The position numbers were made by a program, and so were the translations under genes. A model generated the notes under the pieces. That model was not told the origin of the DNA. It saw only the letters and a list, made by a program, of their open reading frames with translations, and did not search any database. 64,000 nucleotides of DNA from an uncultured Actinomycetota bacterium (GTDB lineage: Bacteria > Actinomycetota > Actinomycetes > Mycobacteriales > Mycobacteriaceae): the NCBI GenBank assembly GCA_963836555.1, contig CAWIKT010000024.1, positions 5,431 through 69,430 of the forward strand. The letters are read 5' to 3'. Below are positions 45,256 to 55,162 of the stretch, piece after piece. The number at the start of each line of letters is the position of its first letter. The first letter of the stretch is position 1.

Positions 45256-46215
45256 CTAGTCGATCCGGTTGGCGACGGTCTGGCCCGCCAGTGGGAGTCC
45301 GACCAGCGTGAGCACATGGTGAGCAGGACAGCCCGGCGGAGCGACCAGGCCGAGTCCGGTTCCGTGCTGGTGCGAACGTTCCAGCGCTTCTGCCAGGATC
45401 CGCAGCCCCGTTGACCCCAAATGTGTGACCGCCGACAGGTCGACCGTCAATGGGTTAGTGCCGGAACGGCTTTGACGCGCGATCTGGTTGTCCAGAGTCG
45501 GCGCGGTCGCGTTGTCGACGTCTCCGCTGACCACCAGATGCTCGCCGACGATCTCGGTGGCGAACTCCGCTATGTACGGGAATTCGACGACCGGCAGGAC
45601 GTTTGGGTCGGTGACGATGCGCGCCGGCCTACTCAACCGGTGGGTGATCGAAGCGATGGTCCCGCTGTCGGTTCCGGCGATGCGGCTCTCGGTGGCCAAC
45701 GCATTCGCCAGCATCAGCCCGCGGCCACGCATGCCGGGGTCCGACGACGGGGTCTTCCACTGGCCGTGATCGGTCACCGACGCGTGCAGGTGGCCATGCT
45801 CGTCCAGCGTCGCCTTCACCTCGATGCGGTCGGCGGTCGACGAACGGTAGCCGTGCTCGTAGGAGTTCTCGACGAACTCGCACAGGATCTGCACGATGAT
45901 CATGACATCGACATCGTCGGCGCCGATGTCGGCTAGCCAGGCCCGCAGCGGCCCGCGGACCTCCCGTGCCGCGTGGACGGTGGCGTCGGCGGTCAGGTTC
46001 AGCGCCGGCGGCGGTGTACGGCGCTGCGCCGCAAGCAAAGTCACGTCGTCGTTGTAACCGGAGGTGCGCAGCATCAACTCCAGCGTCTGGGAACACCACC
46101 GCTCGACGGGACGTGTCGGCGCCTCGATCGGAAACGCCGAGCCGCCGAGTACGCGGGCGGCGATGTCGGCGAATTCGGCGGTGCTGGCCGCCAGCGGCCG
46201 GCCCGGACGATGTCG
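45256..46215 (-). pseudogene. 5'-truncated Rv1364c/MursiF-like gene: end of the PP2C domain, HATPase kinase and STAS domain (open frame; first ATG at 46077)
   Basis: RPGRPLAASTAEFAD...GYNDDVTLLA, EFVENSYEHG, DHGQW, RGRGL, VDLSAVTHLGS; PAS and most of the PP2C domain absent. Confidence 0.8.
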
Positions 46216-46218
46216 CTA

Positions 46219-48240
46219 TTACCAGTGCACGCCGGGAACCAGTCGGACGACCCGCTTGACCGGGCCGGGCACCCGAATCCTGGCCACCGCGGCACGGGCC
46301 GGCGGCTTCGGCCGGCGTGACGACCGCTGGTCGACAACGTCTTTCGAATCAGCCGGCTGCACGTCGCCGCGGGCCGCGGCCGAATCCGGGTAGCCGAGAT
46401 ACAGCTGATGCAGGATTCGCCGCGACAGCTTCGGGGTGAAGTAGTGACCGGCCTCGGACAGCGTGCCCAGCGGCGTGTCGATGCGCAATGGCTTGTCGAT
46501 CAGCCCGCGGACCACCATGGCCGCCGCGTGTTCGGCGCTGATCGGCGGGACTGGGTTCAGCCGTCGGGACGGCTTGATCATCGGGGTGGCCACCAGCGGC
46601 ATGTGGATGTTGGTGAAAGTCACATGGTCAGAGAGTGTTTCGGTGGCAACCACTTCGGAGAACGCGTCGAGCGCTGCCTTGGTCGGCAGGTAGGCGCTGT
46701 ACTTGGGGCTGCGTGCCTGTACCCCAGCGCTCGACACGTTGACGACGTGACCGAAGCGGCGCTCACGCCAGTGGGGCAGCAGCGCCAGCACCATCCGCAC
46801 CGCGCCGAAGTAGTTGACCGCCATCACCCGTTCGTAGTCGTGCATCCGGTCGGTCTGATTGACCACCGACCGGCGGATTGACCGGCCTGCATTGTTGACC
46901 AGGTAGTCCACGTGGTCGAAGCGGCCCAGGATGTCCTTGACGGTGTGTTCGACCGACCCGGAATCGGTGACATCGCAGGTGAAGGCGTAGGCCTGGCCGC
47001 CGTTCGCGCGAATTTCGGCCACCAGGTCGTCGAGCGCATCGCCGTTGCGGGCCAGCGCGAAAACCGTGGCGCCGCGTTCGGCGACGGCAATCGCCGCCGC
47101 CCGGCCGATGCCGCTCGACGCGCCGGTGATGATCACGTGCCGACCGACCAGCGGTCCCTGCGGGTCGTCGCGGCGGGCCCGGTCGGGATCGAGATGCTCG
47201 GCCCAATACCGCCACAGGGCCGGCGCGTAGCTGCTGAACTCGGGGACCGCAATTCCGGTGCCGCGCAACGCTTTCTGCGTCTCCTCGGAGACGAACGTGG
47301 GCGCAAGGTCGACGACGTCGAGGACCTCGCCGGGAATGCCCAGCTGCGTGGCCACCATGTTGCGCCATAGCTTGGGCCGGCCACGCACTTTGAGCACCGG
47401 TGCTGCCACCGATGTGGGCAGCGATCCGCGCAGCGGGGGTAGACCGGCCGCGGTGGCAACCCCTCGGTAAATGCCGCGCAGTCCAATGGTTTTCGGTGCC
47501 GTGAGGTGGAACGTTTGCCCGTCGTGTCCGTCGGCGTGCAGCAGGGCGACAATCGCGTCGGCGACGTAGTCGACCGGGACGATGTTGGTGCGGCCGGTGT
47601 CGGGCAGCATCATCGGCGTCAACCGCGGCAGCACGGCCAGCTTGGCCAGCACGCCGAAGAAGTAGTACGGCCCGTCGATCTTGTCCATTTCGCCGGTGCG
47701 TGAATCACCCACGACGACCGCCGGCCGGTAGATGCGGTACCGCAGCCCGGTGGTCGAGCGGACCAGGAGCTCGGCCTCGAACTTCGTCTGGTGATAGGGC
47801 GTCGGCAGCTGCTGGCCGATGTCGAAGTCGTCCTCGGTGTATTCGCCGTGGAAGTCGCCGGCCACCGCAATCGACGAGACGTGGTGCAGGGTGGCGTCAA
47901 GGCGGCGGGCCAGCTCGATAACGGCCTGGGTGCCTTCGACGTTGGCAGCGCGCTGCTCGGCTTCGGGGGCGGTGATGTCGTAGATCGCCGCGCAGTGCAC
48001 CACGTGGTCGACGTCGCCGACCTCGGTGATGGCCTCGTCGGTCAACCCGAGATGCGGCTCGGTCAGCTCGCCGACGAGCGGCTTTGCTCGTTCGCCCCAC
48101 GATTCGGCCAGCCGTTCGAAGCGGCCGAGCGACGAGCGGCGAACCAGAACTCGGACTTCGGCGCCCGGGTTGGCGTCTAGGAGACGGGACACCACGCGGC
48201 GCCCAATAAACCCGGTACCGCCGGTAACGACATAGCGCAT
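46219..48240 (-). CDS. acrA1: Two-domain fatty acyl-CoA reductase-like SDR (Rv3391-like)
   Basis: VTGGTGFIG, YHQTK, second domain ITGASSGIG, NNAGRSIRR, YLPTK. Confidence 0.93.
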   Translation of the reverse strand: MRYVVTGGTGFIGRRVVSRLLDANPGAEVRVLVRRSSLGRFERLAESWGERAKPLVGELTEPHLGLTDEAITEVGDVDHVVHCAAIYDITAPEAEQRAANVEGTQAVIELARRLDATLHHVSSIAVAGDFHGEYTEDDFDIGQQLPTPYHQTKFEAELLVRSTTGLRYRIYRPAVVVGDSRTGEMDKIDGPYYFFGVLAKLAVLPRLTPMMLPDTGRTNIVPVDYVADAIVALLHADGHDGQTFHLTAPKTIGLRGIYRGVATAAGLPPLRGSLPTSVAAPVLKVRGRPKLWRNMVATQLGIPGEVLDVVDLAPTFVSEETQKALRGTGIAVPEFSSYAPALWRYWAEHLDPDRARRDDPQGPLVGRHVIITGASSGIGRAAAIAVAERGATVFALARNGDALDDLVAEIRANGGQAYAFTCDVTDSGSVEHTVKDILGRFDHVDYLVNNAGRSIRRSVVNQTDRMHDYERVMAVNYFGAVRMVLALLPHWRERRFGHVVNVSSAGVQARSPKYSAYLPTKAALDAFSEVVATETLSDHVTFTNIHMPLVATPMIKPSRRLNPVPPISAEHAAAMVVRGLIDKPLRIDTPLGTLSEAGHYFTPKLSRRILHQLYLGYPDSAAARGDVQPADSKDVVDQRSSRRPKPPARAAVARIRVPGPVKRVVRLVPGVHW

Positions 48241-48272
48241 GAGGGACAGGGTGCGCCTGGTAGCGCGGCGTG

Positions 48273-51167
48273 TCAACGCACTGTGACGTGTTCGTCCTCC
48301 GGGTCGTCCCACAACAGGAGTTGACGCACCGCCGGTCGCGACCCATATGGCTGAAGCATGGAGCTGGCCGGACGCGGGCGCACCCGCAGCGGCCACCAGA
48401 ACCACCGACCGAGCAGAGCGGCAATCGACGGCGTCATGAACGAGCGGACGATCAAGGTGTCGAACAGCAGGCCGAGGCCGATGGTCGTGCCGATCTGGCC
48501 GAGCGTTTGCAGACCGCTGAAGACGAAGCCACACATGGTCACCGCGAACACCAAGCCGGCGGCGGTCACCACCGAGCCCGAGCCGGCCATGGCGCGGATG
48601 ATGCCGGTTTTCAGCCCAGCGTGGATCTCCTCCTTGAATCGGGAGATCAGCAACAGGTTGTAGTCAGATCCCACGGCCAGCAGCAGGATGACTGCCAAAG
48701 CCAATACCACCCAATACAATTCGATGCCGAGAATGTATTGCCACAGCAAGACGGACAGGCCGAACGAGGCTCCCAGCGACAGCGCGACGGTGCCGACGAT
48801 GACGATCGCGGCGACCAGGCTTCGGGTGATCAGCATCATGATCAGCAGGATCAAGCTCAGTGACGCGACGGCAACGATCAAGATGTCGTAGCTCGACATG
48901 TCCTGGATGTCTTTGTACGTCGATGCAGTGCCGCCGAGATAGAAGCTGGCGCCGGCCAGGGGAGTGCCCTTGACGGCTTCGTGCGCCGCGAGCTTGATCG
49001 GCTCGACGCGCGAGATGGCCGCGGGCTCGGCCGGATCACCCTCGTGAGTGATGATCAGTCGCGCCGCTTTGCCGTCGGGCGACATGAACAGTTTCAGACC
49101 GCGCTTGAAATCGGGGTTGTCGAACACCTCCGGCGGCAGATAGAACAGGTCGTCGTTCTTCGCCTTGTCGAACGCCTGCCCCAGCGCGGCCGGGTTGTCG
49201 TTGGCCCGCTCGGACTGCTTGTTGATCCCGAGGTTGGTGGCGTAGTTCTTCAGCGTCAGTTCGCGATTGACTTCCTGGCTGGCGATCTGTGGTGGGATCA
49301 GCCCGACCAGTTGCGGCTGGATCGTGTCGAGTTTGTCCAGGCTCACCACCAGGTCTTCAAATTTCTCGGTGAGCTGGTCGATGCTGTCGATCGCCTCGAA
49401 GGTATTCCGCAAGGCGAAGCACGCCGGGATGTCGTAGCAGTGCTTCTCCCAGTAGAAGTAGCTGTGCAGCGGCCGGAAGAAGTCGTCGAAATTCGCGAGC
49501 TTGTCCCTTACCTCGCCGATGATCGCCAGGGTTTCGTGGAACTTCTGGGTCTCCTCGTGGGTGGCGCCGGCGAGTTGCTGCTGCAGGGTGTACTGCTGCT
49601 CCAAGATGCCGATGGTCTTGTCGAGTTCTTGTGACTGTCTGAGCAAGTCGCGCGCGCGGTCTCCCTGGTACTTCAGGTTCTGCACCTGTCCGACGTTTCC
49701 CTGGCTGATCTGGAATGCGATCGAGCTGTGGTCCAACGGGGCCCCCAGCGGACGGGTAATCGACTGCACCAGAGCAATACCGGGGATGCGGAAGATGTTT
49801 TTGGCGACCTTGTCCAGCACCAGCATGTCGGCCGGATTGCGCAAGTCGTGGTCGGACTCGAGCATCAGCAGCTCGGGTTCCAGCCGCGCCCGAGAGAAAT
49901 GGCGTTCGGCGGCGGTGTATCCCACGTTGGCGGCTGCGGTGGCCGGGATGTACGGACGGGTGTCGTAGCTGGTCTTGTAGCCGGGCAGGGCAAGCAGACC
50001 GATGAGGGCAATCGCGATGGATACCACCAGAATTGGGCCAGGCCAACGAACGATCGCGGTACCGATACGGCGCCAGCCGCGGGTCTGCAGCACACGCTTG
50101 GGATCGAACAGCCCGAAGTGACTGGCAATTACCAGGATTGCCGGACCCAGGGTGAGCGAAGCGGCCAGGGCAACGAGAATTCCGATGGCAGCTGGAATGC
50201 CCAGGCTCTGGAAGTAGGGCAGTCTGGTGAACGCGAGGCACGCCACCGCGCTGGCGACCGTCAAACCCGAGCCCAGCACAACGTGCGCGGTACCGCCATA
50301 CATGCTGTAGTACGCGTCTTCTCGCTCCTCGCCGGCCGAGCGGGCCTCCTGATAGCGACCGACGAAAAATATTGCGTAGTCCGTTCCCGCCGCGATCACC
50401 AACAGCGTCAGCAGATTCGTCGCGTACGTCGACAGGCCCAGAACTCCCACGCTTCCAAGGAACGCGACGAATCCCCGCGCCGCGGCCATCTCGATCAGAA
50501 CCGTGGCAAGGACCAAGGCCGTGGTTGCGAAAGATCGGTAGACGAAGAACAGCATCACCGCGATCACCGCGACGGTCAGCGCGGTGACTTTGTTGGAGCC
50601 CTTACTGCCCTCGGTGAACTGGTCGGCGATCAGCGGGGCGGCGCCGGTGAGGTAGGCCTTGACACCCGGCGGCGGCTGCATGTGGTCGATCGTGCTGCGG
50701 ACGGCATCGACCGACTCGTTGGCCAGCGCCTCGCCTTGCGCGCCGTTCAGAAACAACTGGACGTAGGCCGCCTTGCCGTCGCTGCTCTGCGAGCCCGCAG
50801 CGGTCAGGGTGTCGCCCCAGAAATCCTGGACGTGCTGGACGTGCGCCTTGTCCTGTTCCAGCTTGTGGACCATCTGGTCGTAGAACTTGTGCGCGTCGGC
50901 GCCGAGTGGCTTGTCGCCCTCGAGCACGATCATCGCCGAACTGTCGGTGTCGAACTCGTGGAAGACTTTGCCGATGTGCTTGAAGGCCTGATACGACGGC
51001 GCTTCGGGGGAGCTGAGACCGACGTTGTGCAGCCTGCCGACCTCTTCGAGTTGCGGCACAACGATATTCGGGATCGCCGCCAACGCGAGCCAAAACAGCA
51101 GGATCGGCACCGCGATCCGATGGATGGTGTGCGCGGTCCGGGGCCGGCGAACGTTGTGGTCGCTCAT
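48273..51167 (-). CDS. mmpL: MmpL-family RND transporter (MmpL4/5-like cluster)
   Basis: VQDFWGD, AGTDYAIF, AVGSDYNLLL, FDTLIVRSFMTP; 964 aa. Confidence 0.95.
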   Translation of the reverse strand: MSDHNVRRPRTAHTIHRIAVPILLFWLALAAIPNIVVPQLEEVGRLHNVGLSSPEAPSYQAFKHIGKVFHEFDTDSSAMIVLEGDKPLGADAHKFYDQMVHKLEQDKAHVQHVQDFWGDTLTAAGSQSSDGKAAYVQLFLNGAQGEALANESVDAVRSTIDHMQPPPGVKAYLTGAAPLIADQFTEGSKGSNKVTALTVAVIAVMLFFVYRSFATTALVLATVLIEMAAARGFVAFLGSVGVLGLSTYATNLLTLLVIAAGTDYAIFFVGRYQEARSAGEEREDAYYSMYGGTAHVVLGSGLTVASAVACLAFTRLPYFQSLGIPAAIGILVALAASLTLGPAILVIASHFGLFDPKRVLQTRGWRRIGTAIVRWPGPILVVSIAIALIGLLALPGYKTSYDTRPYIPATAAANVGYTAAERHFSRARLEPELLMLESDHDLRNPADMLVLDKVAKNIFRIPGIALVQSITRPLGAPLDHSSIAFQISQGNVGQVQNLKYQGDRARDLLRQSQELDKTIGILEQQYTLQQQLAGATHEETQKFHETLAIIGEVRDKLANFDDFFRPLHSYFYWEKHCYDIPACFALRNTFEAIDSIDQLTEKFEDLVVSLDKLDTIQPQLVGLIPPQIASQEVNRELTLKNYATNLGINKQSERANDNPAALGQAFDKAKNDDLFYLPPEVFDNPDFKRGLKLFMSPDGKAARLIITHEGDPAEPAAISRVEPIKLAAHEAVKGTPLAGASFYLGGTASTYKDIQDMSSYDILIVAVASLSLILLIMMLITRSLVAAIVIVGTVALSLGASFGLSVLLWQYILGIELYWVVLALAVILLLAVGSDYNLLLISRFKEEIHAGLKTGIIRAMAGSGSVVTAAGLVFAVTMCGFVFSGLQTLGQIGTTIGLGLLFDTLIVRSFMTPSIAALLGRWFWWPLRVRPRPASSMLQPYGSRPAVRQLLLWDDPEDEHVTVR

Positions 51168-51610
51168 CCGGACTTGTCCAGGCAGTAGGTGTAGGCGCTC
51201 AATTCGTTGACGGTCCTTTCGTCTTTGACGATGCCGTTGACGGTGATGCGGCACCCCAACGTGCTGCCGCTGCCCTGGGCGACGACGTTGGCAATGACGG
51301 CGGGATCGGTGGTGGTGATCGTGTAGGACCATGGCAGCGGGACGTTGTCGACCCGTTGCGGCGCGGCATGAACGTCCTGATAGTTGATTGTTGCTGTGGC
51401 GCCGGGGTTTCCGAAGACCTCATAGACGACTTGCTTGGGGTTGAACGGAACGATCTCATTCGACGTACCACCGCCGTGCGCTGCGTTCTTGCCCGAATTG
51501 AAGGCGTCGTGCAGTCGGTAGACCGCGAGGGCCGCCAGGGACACCACCACGACGGCGACCAGAATCATCCATCGCCGTCTCACCAGACCTGTGACCGAAA
51601 AGCGTTTCAT
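51164..51610 (-). CDS. mmpS: MmpS-family membrane accessory protein
   Basis: N-terminal TM helix, PKQVVYEVFG, LPWS, GCRITVNG, CLDKSG; ATGA overlaps on both sides. Confidence 0.95.
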   Translation of the reverse strand: MKRFSVTGLVRRRWMILVAVVVVSLAALAVYRLHDAFNSGKNAAHGGGTSNEIVPFNPKQVVYEVFGNPGATATINYQDVHAAPQRVDNVPLPWSYTITTTDPAVIANVVAQGSGSTLGCRITVNGIVKDERTVNELSAYTYCLDKSG

Positions 51611-52221
51611 CCGTTCGTCTTTCGATGCCGGGTGAGGCTCGGCATGATCACCTCGTCGATCAGGGCCTGCACCGTCTGCTCGGTGGGCTGCCGGTTGGGC
51701 ATGATCGAGCGGAAGATCAGGTAGCCGGGCAACAGATCCCACAGCTCGTCGCTGACAGCGGCGGCATCGATCTCGCCGCGCCGAACCGCGTCGTGCAGGA
51801 CATCCTGGAGCAGCGTTTTCCGTTGAGCCAAGAACTCTTGGTAGAGAGCTTCGTGGAGCGCCGGCTGGCGCGACACCTCGACGAGCACGGCGCGAATGGT
51901 GCCGGCCAACTCCAGCGATTGCCGCCTGATCGTTAATCCGAGTTGCAGCAGATCGTCGCGCAACGCCCCGGTCTCTGGGTGGACCGCGACCTGGCGTACG
52001 CCCTCGATGAACGCCGCCAACACGAGTTCGGCCTTCGACGGCCAACGCCGGTAGACGGTGGCCTTGCTGGCTCGGGCGTGAGCGGCCACGGCGTCCAACG
52101 TCAGCCGGTCGTAGCCGTGTTCCTGCAGTAGTTGCAGCGTCACGTCGAGCAACTCGGTTTCTCGTGGCGTCCAGGGTGACGCTGCCATGCCGCGCTGGGC
52201 CGTCCCGGTCACAGCGCTCAC
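51607..52221 (-). CDS. TetR-family regulator of the mmpS-mmpL operon (start may be GTG 52212)
   Basis: ASKATVYRRWPSK helix-turn-helix; ATGA-coupled to mmpS. Confidence 0.92.
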   Translation of the reverse strand: MSAVTGTAQRGMAASPWTPRETELLDVTLQLLQEHGYDRLTLDAVAAHARASKATVYRRWPSKAELVLAAFIEGVRQVAVHPETGALRDDLLQLGLTIRRQSLELAGTIRAVLVEVSRQPALHEALYQEFLAQRKTLLQDVLHDAVRRGEIDAAAVSDELWDLLPGYLIFRSIMPNRQPTEQTVQALIDEVIMPSLTRHRKTNG

Positions 52222-52239
52222 CCTAAGGGCGCAGGGGCA

Positions 52240-52253
52240 GTACTGTCCAGTAC
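52240..52253 (-). promoter_or_regulatory. Palindromic operator candidate for tetR-mmpS-mmpL
   Basis: GTACTG-TC-CAGTAC just upstream of a minus-strand TAGGGT -10 hexamer. Confidence 0.55.
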
Positions 52254-52280
52254 CGTACCGCCGCGGAGGGACCGCTCAGG

Positions 52281-52985
52281 TCAGTAGCTGAAGTCGCGGA
52301 TCCCGTCCCAGTCGACCATCGTCCAGCCCATGGTGGGGCTCCCGGTGATCACGACGCGACCCAGGTTGGGCAGCGGGTGGCTGGTGGCCAGGCTGTCCTT
52401 GGAGTTCTTCACGTTCATCAGCGTCCAGTACATGATCGACTCGGCGTGCCCGAAGGCCACCGGCTTGCTGTTGCCGCTGTCGTAGATCCGCTGGACGGCC
52501 GCGCTGAACTGGTCGTTGAATTCCTCGCCGCTAATCGAGCCCGGGACGGCGTCCTTGAAGTCACCGTTGAGCCACAGCGACGGCGCGAGCAGATAGGTCG
52601 CGCCGGCCCGCTTCGTGGGCGTGTTGTTGTAACGCCCGGCGTCGATTTCCCGCAGGCCGGGCAGGATTTCGACGTGCTTGCCCAGCGCGTGGGCCAGCGG
52701 CGCCGCGGTTTGCTGGGTGCGAACCATGTTGGAGGCGTAGATCCCGTCGAAGTTGTTGCGGGACAGCTGGTGGGCTAGCTGTTCGGCCTGAGCCTGCCCG
52801 TCCTCGGTAAGGTCGGGGCCGGGAATGTCGGTGTTGATGACATTCGCGGCGTTGCTCTGCGACTCGGCATGCCGGATGAAGGTCAGCGTGATGCTGCGGA
52901 CGTGCGGTGATCCCGAGCACGCGCCGACGGTGATGACGGCGGCGAGAACGGCGACGGCCTTCCAGATGACGGTGCGATTGCGCAT
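52281..52985 (-). CDS. lpqD: Histidine-phosphatase-family lipoprotein (Rv3390-like)
   Basis: Lipobox VGAC, FIRHAES motif, YASNMVRTQQTA. Confidence 0.85.
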   Translation of the reverse strand: MRNRTVIWKAVAVLAAVITVGACSGSPHVRSITLTFIRHAESQSNAANVINTDIPGPDLTEDGQAQAEQLAHQLSRNNFDGIYASNMVRTQQTAAPLAHALGKHVEILPGLREIDAGRYNNTPTKRAGATYLLAPSLWLNGDFKDAVPGSISGEEFNDQFSAAVQRIYDSGNSKPVAFGHAESIMYWTLMNVKNSKDSLATSHPLPNLGRVVITGSPTMGWTMVDWDGIRDFSY

Positions 52986-53116
52986 GGCGACAGCCTGCCT
53001 TGCCGGGGCCGTCGACGTGGGGTGTTTGCCCGGGTTGGCCCAATAAATCGCCCGACCGGTCGGGTGATGGAATGGCTGAAACCGTTCGCAGTACCTGACC
53101 TCCGAGGGAGACCCGC

Positions 53117-53989
53117 ATGGCGATCGACCCGAATGCCGTCGGTGCGACCACCGAACCCATGCTGTTCGAGTGGACCGACCGCGACACCTTGCTCTACGCC
53201 CTCGGTGTGGGCGCAGGACTCGACGATTTGAAGTTCACCACCGAGAACAGCCATGACATCGACCAGCAGGTGCTGCCCACCTACGCGGTGATCTGCTGTC
53301 CGGCGTTCGGCGCGGCCGGCAAGGTCGGCTCGTTCAACTGGGCGATGCTGCTGCACGGCTCGCAGGGCATCCGGCTGCACGCGCCGCTGCCGCCGGCGGG
53401 AAGGTTGTCCGTGGTCACCGAGGTGACCGACATCCAGGACAAGGGCGAAGGCAAGAACGCGATCATCATGTTGCGCGGTCGCGGCAGCGACCCCGACACC
53501 GGCGCGCTGGTCGCCGAGACACTGACCACGCTGGTGATCCGCGGCGAGGGTGGCTTTGGAGGACAGCCGGGTGAGCGTCCCGCCGCGCCGGAAATTCCGG
53601 ACCGCGAGCCCGATGCCCGGGTCGCGTTGCCGACGCGCAAAGACCAGCCGCTGATCTACCGGCTCTCTGGTGACCGCAATCCGCTGCACAGCGACCCGTG
53701 GTTCGCCAAGGAGTTGGCCGGTTTCCCCGAGCCGATCATGCACGGGCTGTGCACCTACGGGTTCTCCGGTCGCGCGCTGATCACTGAACTCGGCAACGGC
53801 GACGCCAACGCGATCACGGCCATCGACGCGCGATTCACCAAACCGGTGTTCCCCGGCGAGACGCTGACGACGCTGATCTGGCGCACCGGGCCGGGCAAGG
53901 CGGTCTTCCGCACCGAAGCGGCCGGGCCCGACGGGAGCAACGCGCGGCTGGTGCTCGAGGACGGCGCGGTGGAGTACGCCGAGGTTTAA
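53117..53989 (+). CDS. htdY: Double hot-dog 3-hydroxyacyl-thioester dehydratase (Rv3389c-like)
   Basis: LLYALGVG, hydratase-2 motif YRLSGDRNPLHSDP, PIMHGLC. Confidence 0.92.
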   Translation: MAIDPNAVGATTEPMLFEWTDRDTLLYALGVGAGLDDLKFTTENSHDIDQQVLPTYAVICCPAFGAAGKVGSFNWAMLLHGSQGIRLHAPLPPAGRLSVVTEVTDIQDKGEGKNAIIMLRGRGSDPDTGALVAETLTTLVIRGEGGFGGQPGERPAAPEIPDREPDARVALPTRKDQPLIYRLSGDRNPLHSDPWFAKELAGFPEPIMHGLCTYGFSGRALITELGNGDANAITAIDARFTKPVFPGETLTTLIWRTGPGKAVFRTEAAGPDGSNARLVLEDGAVEYAEV

Positions 53990-54017
53990 CCGGACCGCCA
54001 ACGTGGCAGTCCCGGGC

Positions 54018-54263
54018 ATGGCATTCAAACTCACCTACAGCGACGGGCAGTCCACGGACTACGACGACAGCACCAAGTGGGAACTCGACAACGGCGTCGT
54101 CAAGCTGGGCCGCGACGAGGGAGACTGGACGGTCTTCGTTTCGCCGAGCCACTGGGCAACACTCGAACTCGATACCGGCGGCGACAAGAAGTCGGACGGC
54201 GACAAGGACAAGAAGTCGGACGACGACAAGGACAAGAAGTCGGACGACGATAAAGACGACTGA
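54018..54263 (+). CDS. Small hypothetical protein with a charged repeat tail
   Basis: Good GC3 codon usage; SPSHW motif; alternative GTG start at 54003. Confidence 0.7.
   Translation: MAFKLTYSDGQSTDYDDSTKWELDNGVVKLGRDEGDWTVFVSPSHWATLELDTGGDKKSDGDKDKKSDDDKDKKSDDDKDD
54183..54254 (+). repeat. 24-bp in-frame tandem repeat, three copies (DKKSD[G/D]DK)
   Basis: GACAAGAAGTCGGACG(G/A)CGA(C/T)AA(G/A) at 54183, 54207 and 54231. Confidence 0.92.
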
Positions 54264-54304
54264 CGTCAGTCGGCTACGTGGATATGTAATCCGCTCTGCG
54301 CGAA

Positions 54305-54329
54305 CACGATTACCTGAAAGGTAATCGTG
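54305..54329. promoter_or_regulatory. Perfect palindrome with 11-bp arms upstream of the XRE/MmyB regulator
   Basis: CACGATTACCT-GAA-AGGTAATCGTG. Confidence 0.78.
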
Positions 54330-54360
54330 ACGATGCCGCAGCGCGGCTAGCATCGGGGCG

Positions 54361-55158
54361 GTGACCACCCTGACCCGAGGCCCGCGGACGACACCGGCGG
54401 TCGGTCAGCTGCTGCGCGAGTGGCGCGAGCGGCGCCGAATCAGCCAGCTCGACTTGTCGATTCAGGCGGAGGTCTCCGCTCGGCACTTGAGCTTCGTGGA
54501 GACCGGGCGCTCGCAGCCGACCCCGGACATGATCCTTCGGCTCAGCGAACAACTCGACGTCCCGTTGCGGGAGCGCAACGCGCTGCTGCTGGCCGGGGGA
54601 TACGCACCGGCGTACCCCGAACATTCGCTCGACGAACCCGAGCTGACCAGGTTGCGTGCCGCCCTGCGGCAGATCCTCGCCGGCCACGAGCCGTATCCGG
54701 CGCTGGTGGTCAACCGATGGTGGGAGATGCTCGACGGCAACACCGCCGTCGCGGTCCTCATCGACGGATGCGATCCCGCCCTTCTTGCGCCGCCGATCAA
54801 CGCGCTGCGTGTCTCCCTGCATCCGGACGGGATGGCAGCACGCATCATCAATCTGCCGGAGTGGCGGGCGCATATCCTAGAGCGGTTGCGCCGCCAGGTC
54901 CGTGCCACGCGCGACCCCCGCCTGATGGACTTGTCGGCCGAACTCGAAGGTTATCCGGGTGGTGAATCCGAGCGACCTGATCCCACCGACGTCGCGGTGC
55001 CACTGAGGTTGCGGCACAACAGAAAAGAGCTCGCGTTCTTCAGCATGACCGCGGTCGTCGGAGCGCCGCTGGATGTGACGGTTGCGGAGGTGGCGATCGA
55101 GTCGTTCTATCCCGCCGATGCGGACACCACGGCGGCACTGCAGGCGCTTGAAAAGTGA
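54361..55158 (+). CDS. XRE-family regulator with MmyB/MLTR ligand-binding domain
   Basis: SARHLSFVETGRS, RERNALLLAGGYAP, HEPYPA, IESFYPAD; TAGCAT -10 lies 7 nt upstream (probably leaderless). Confidence 0.9.
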   Translation: MTTLTRGPRTTPAVGQLLREWRERRRISQLDLSIQAEVSARHLSFVETGRSQPTPDMILRLSEQLDVPLRERNALLLAGGYAPAYPEHSLDEPELTRLRAALRQILAGHEPYPALVVNRWWEMLDGNTAVAVLIDGCDPALLAPPINALRVSLHPDGMAARIINLPEWRAHILERLRRQVRATRDPRLMDLSAELEGYPGGESERPDPTDVAVPLRLRHNRKELAFFSMTAVVGAPLDVTVAEVAIESFYPADADTTAALQALEK

Positions 55159-55162
55159 GCCG

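Noticed and set aside
45611-45630. GACGATGCGCGCC as a further MIRU copy
   Set aside because: No hairpin partner or AGGAGG follows; it is native coding sequence (RPARIVT) on the minus strand
49728-51188. Long antisense ORFs (486 aa here; also 57831-59165, 7047-8516, 25689-26789)
   Set aside because: Shadow frames of high-GC3 genes with no recognisable motifs
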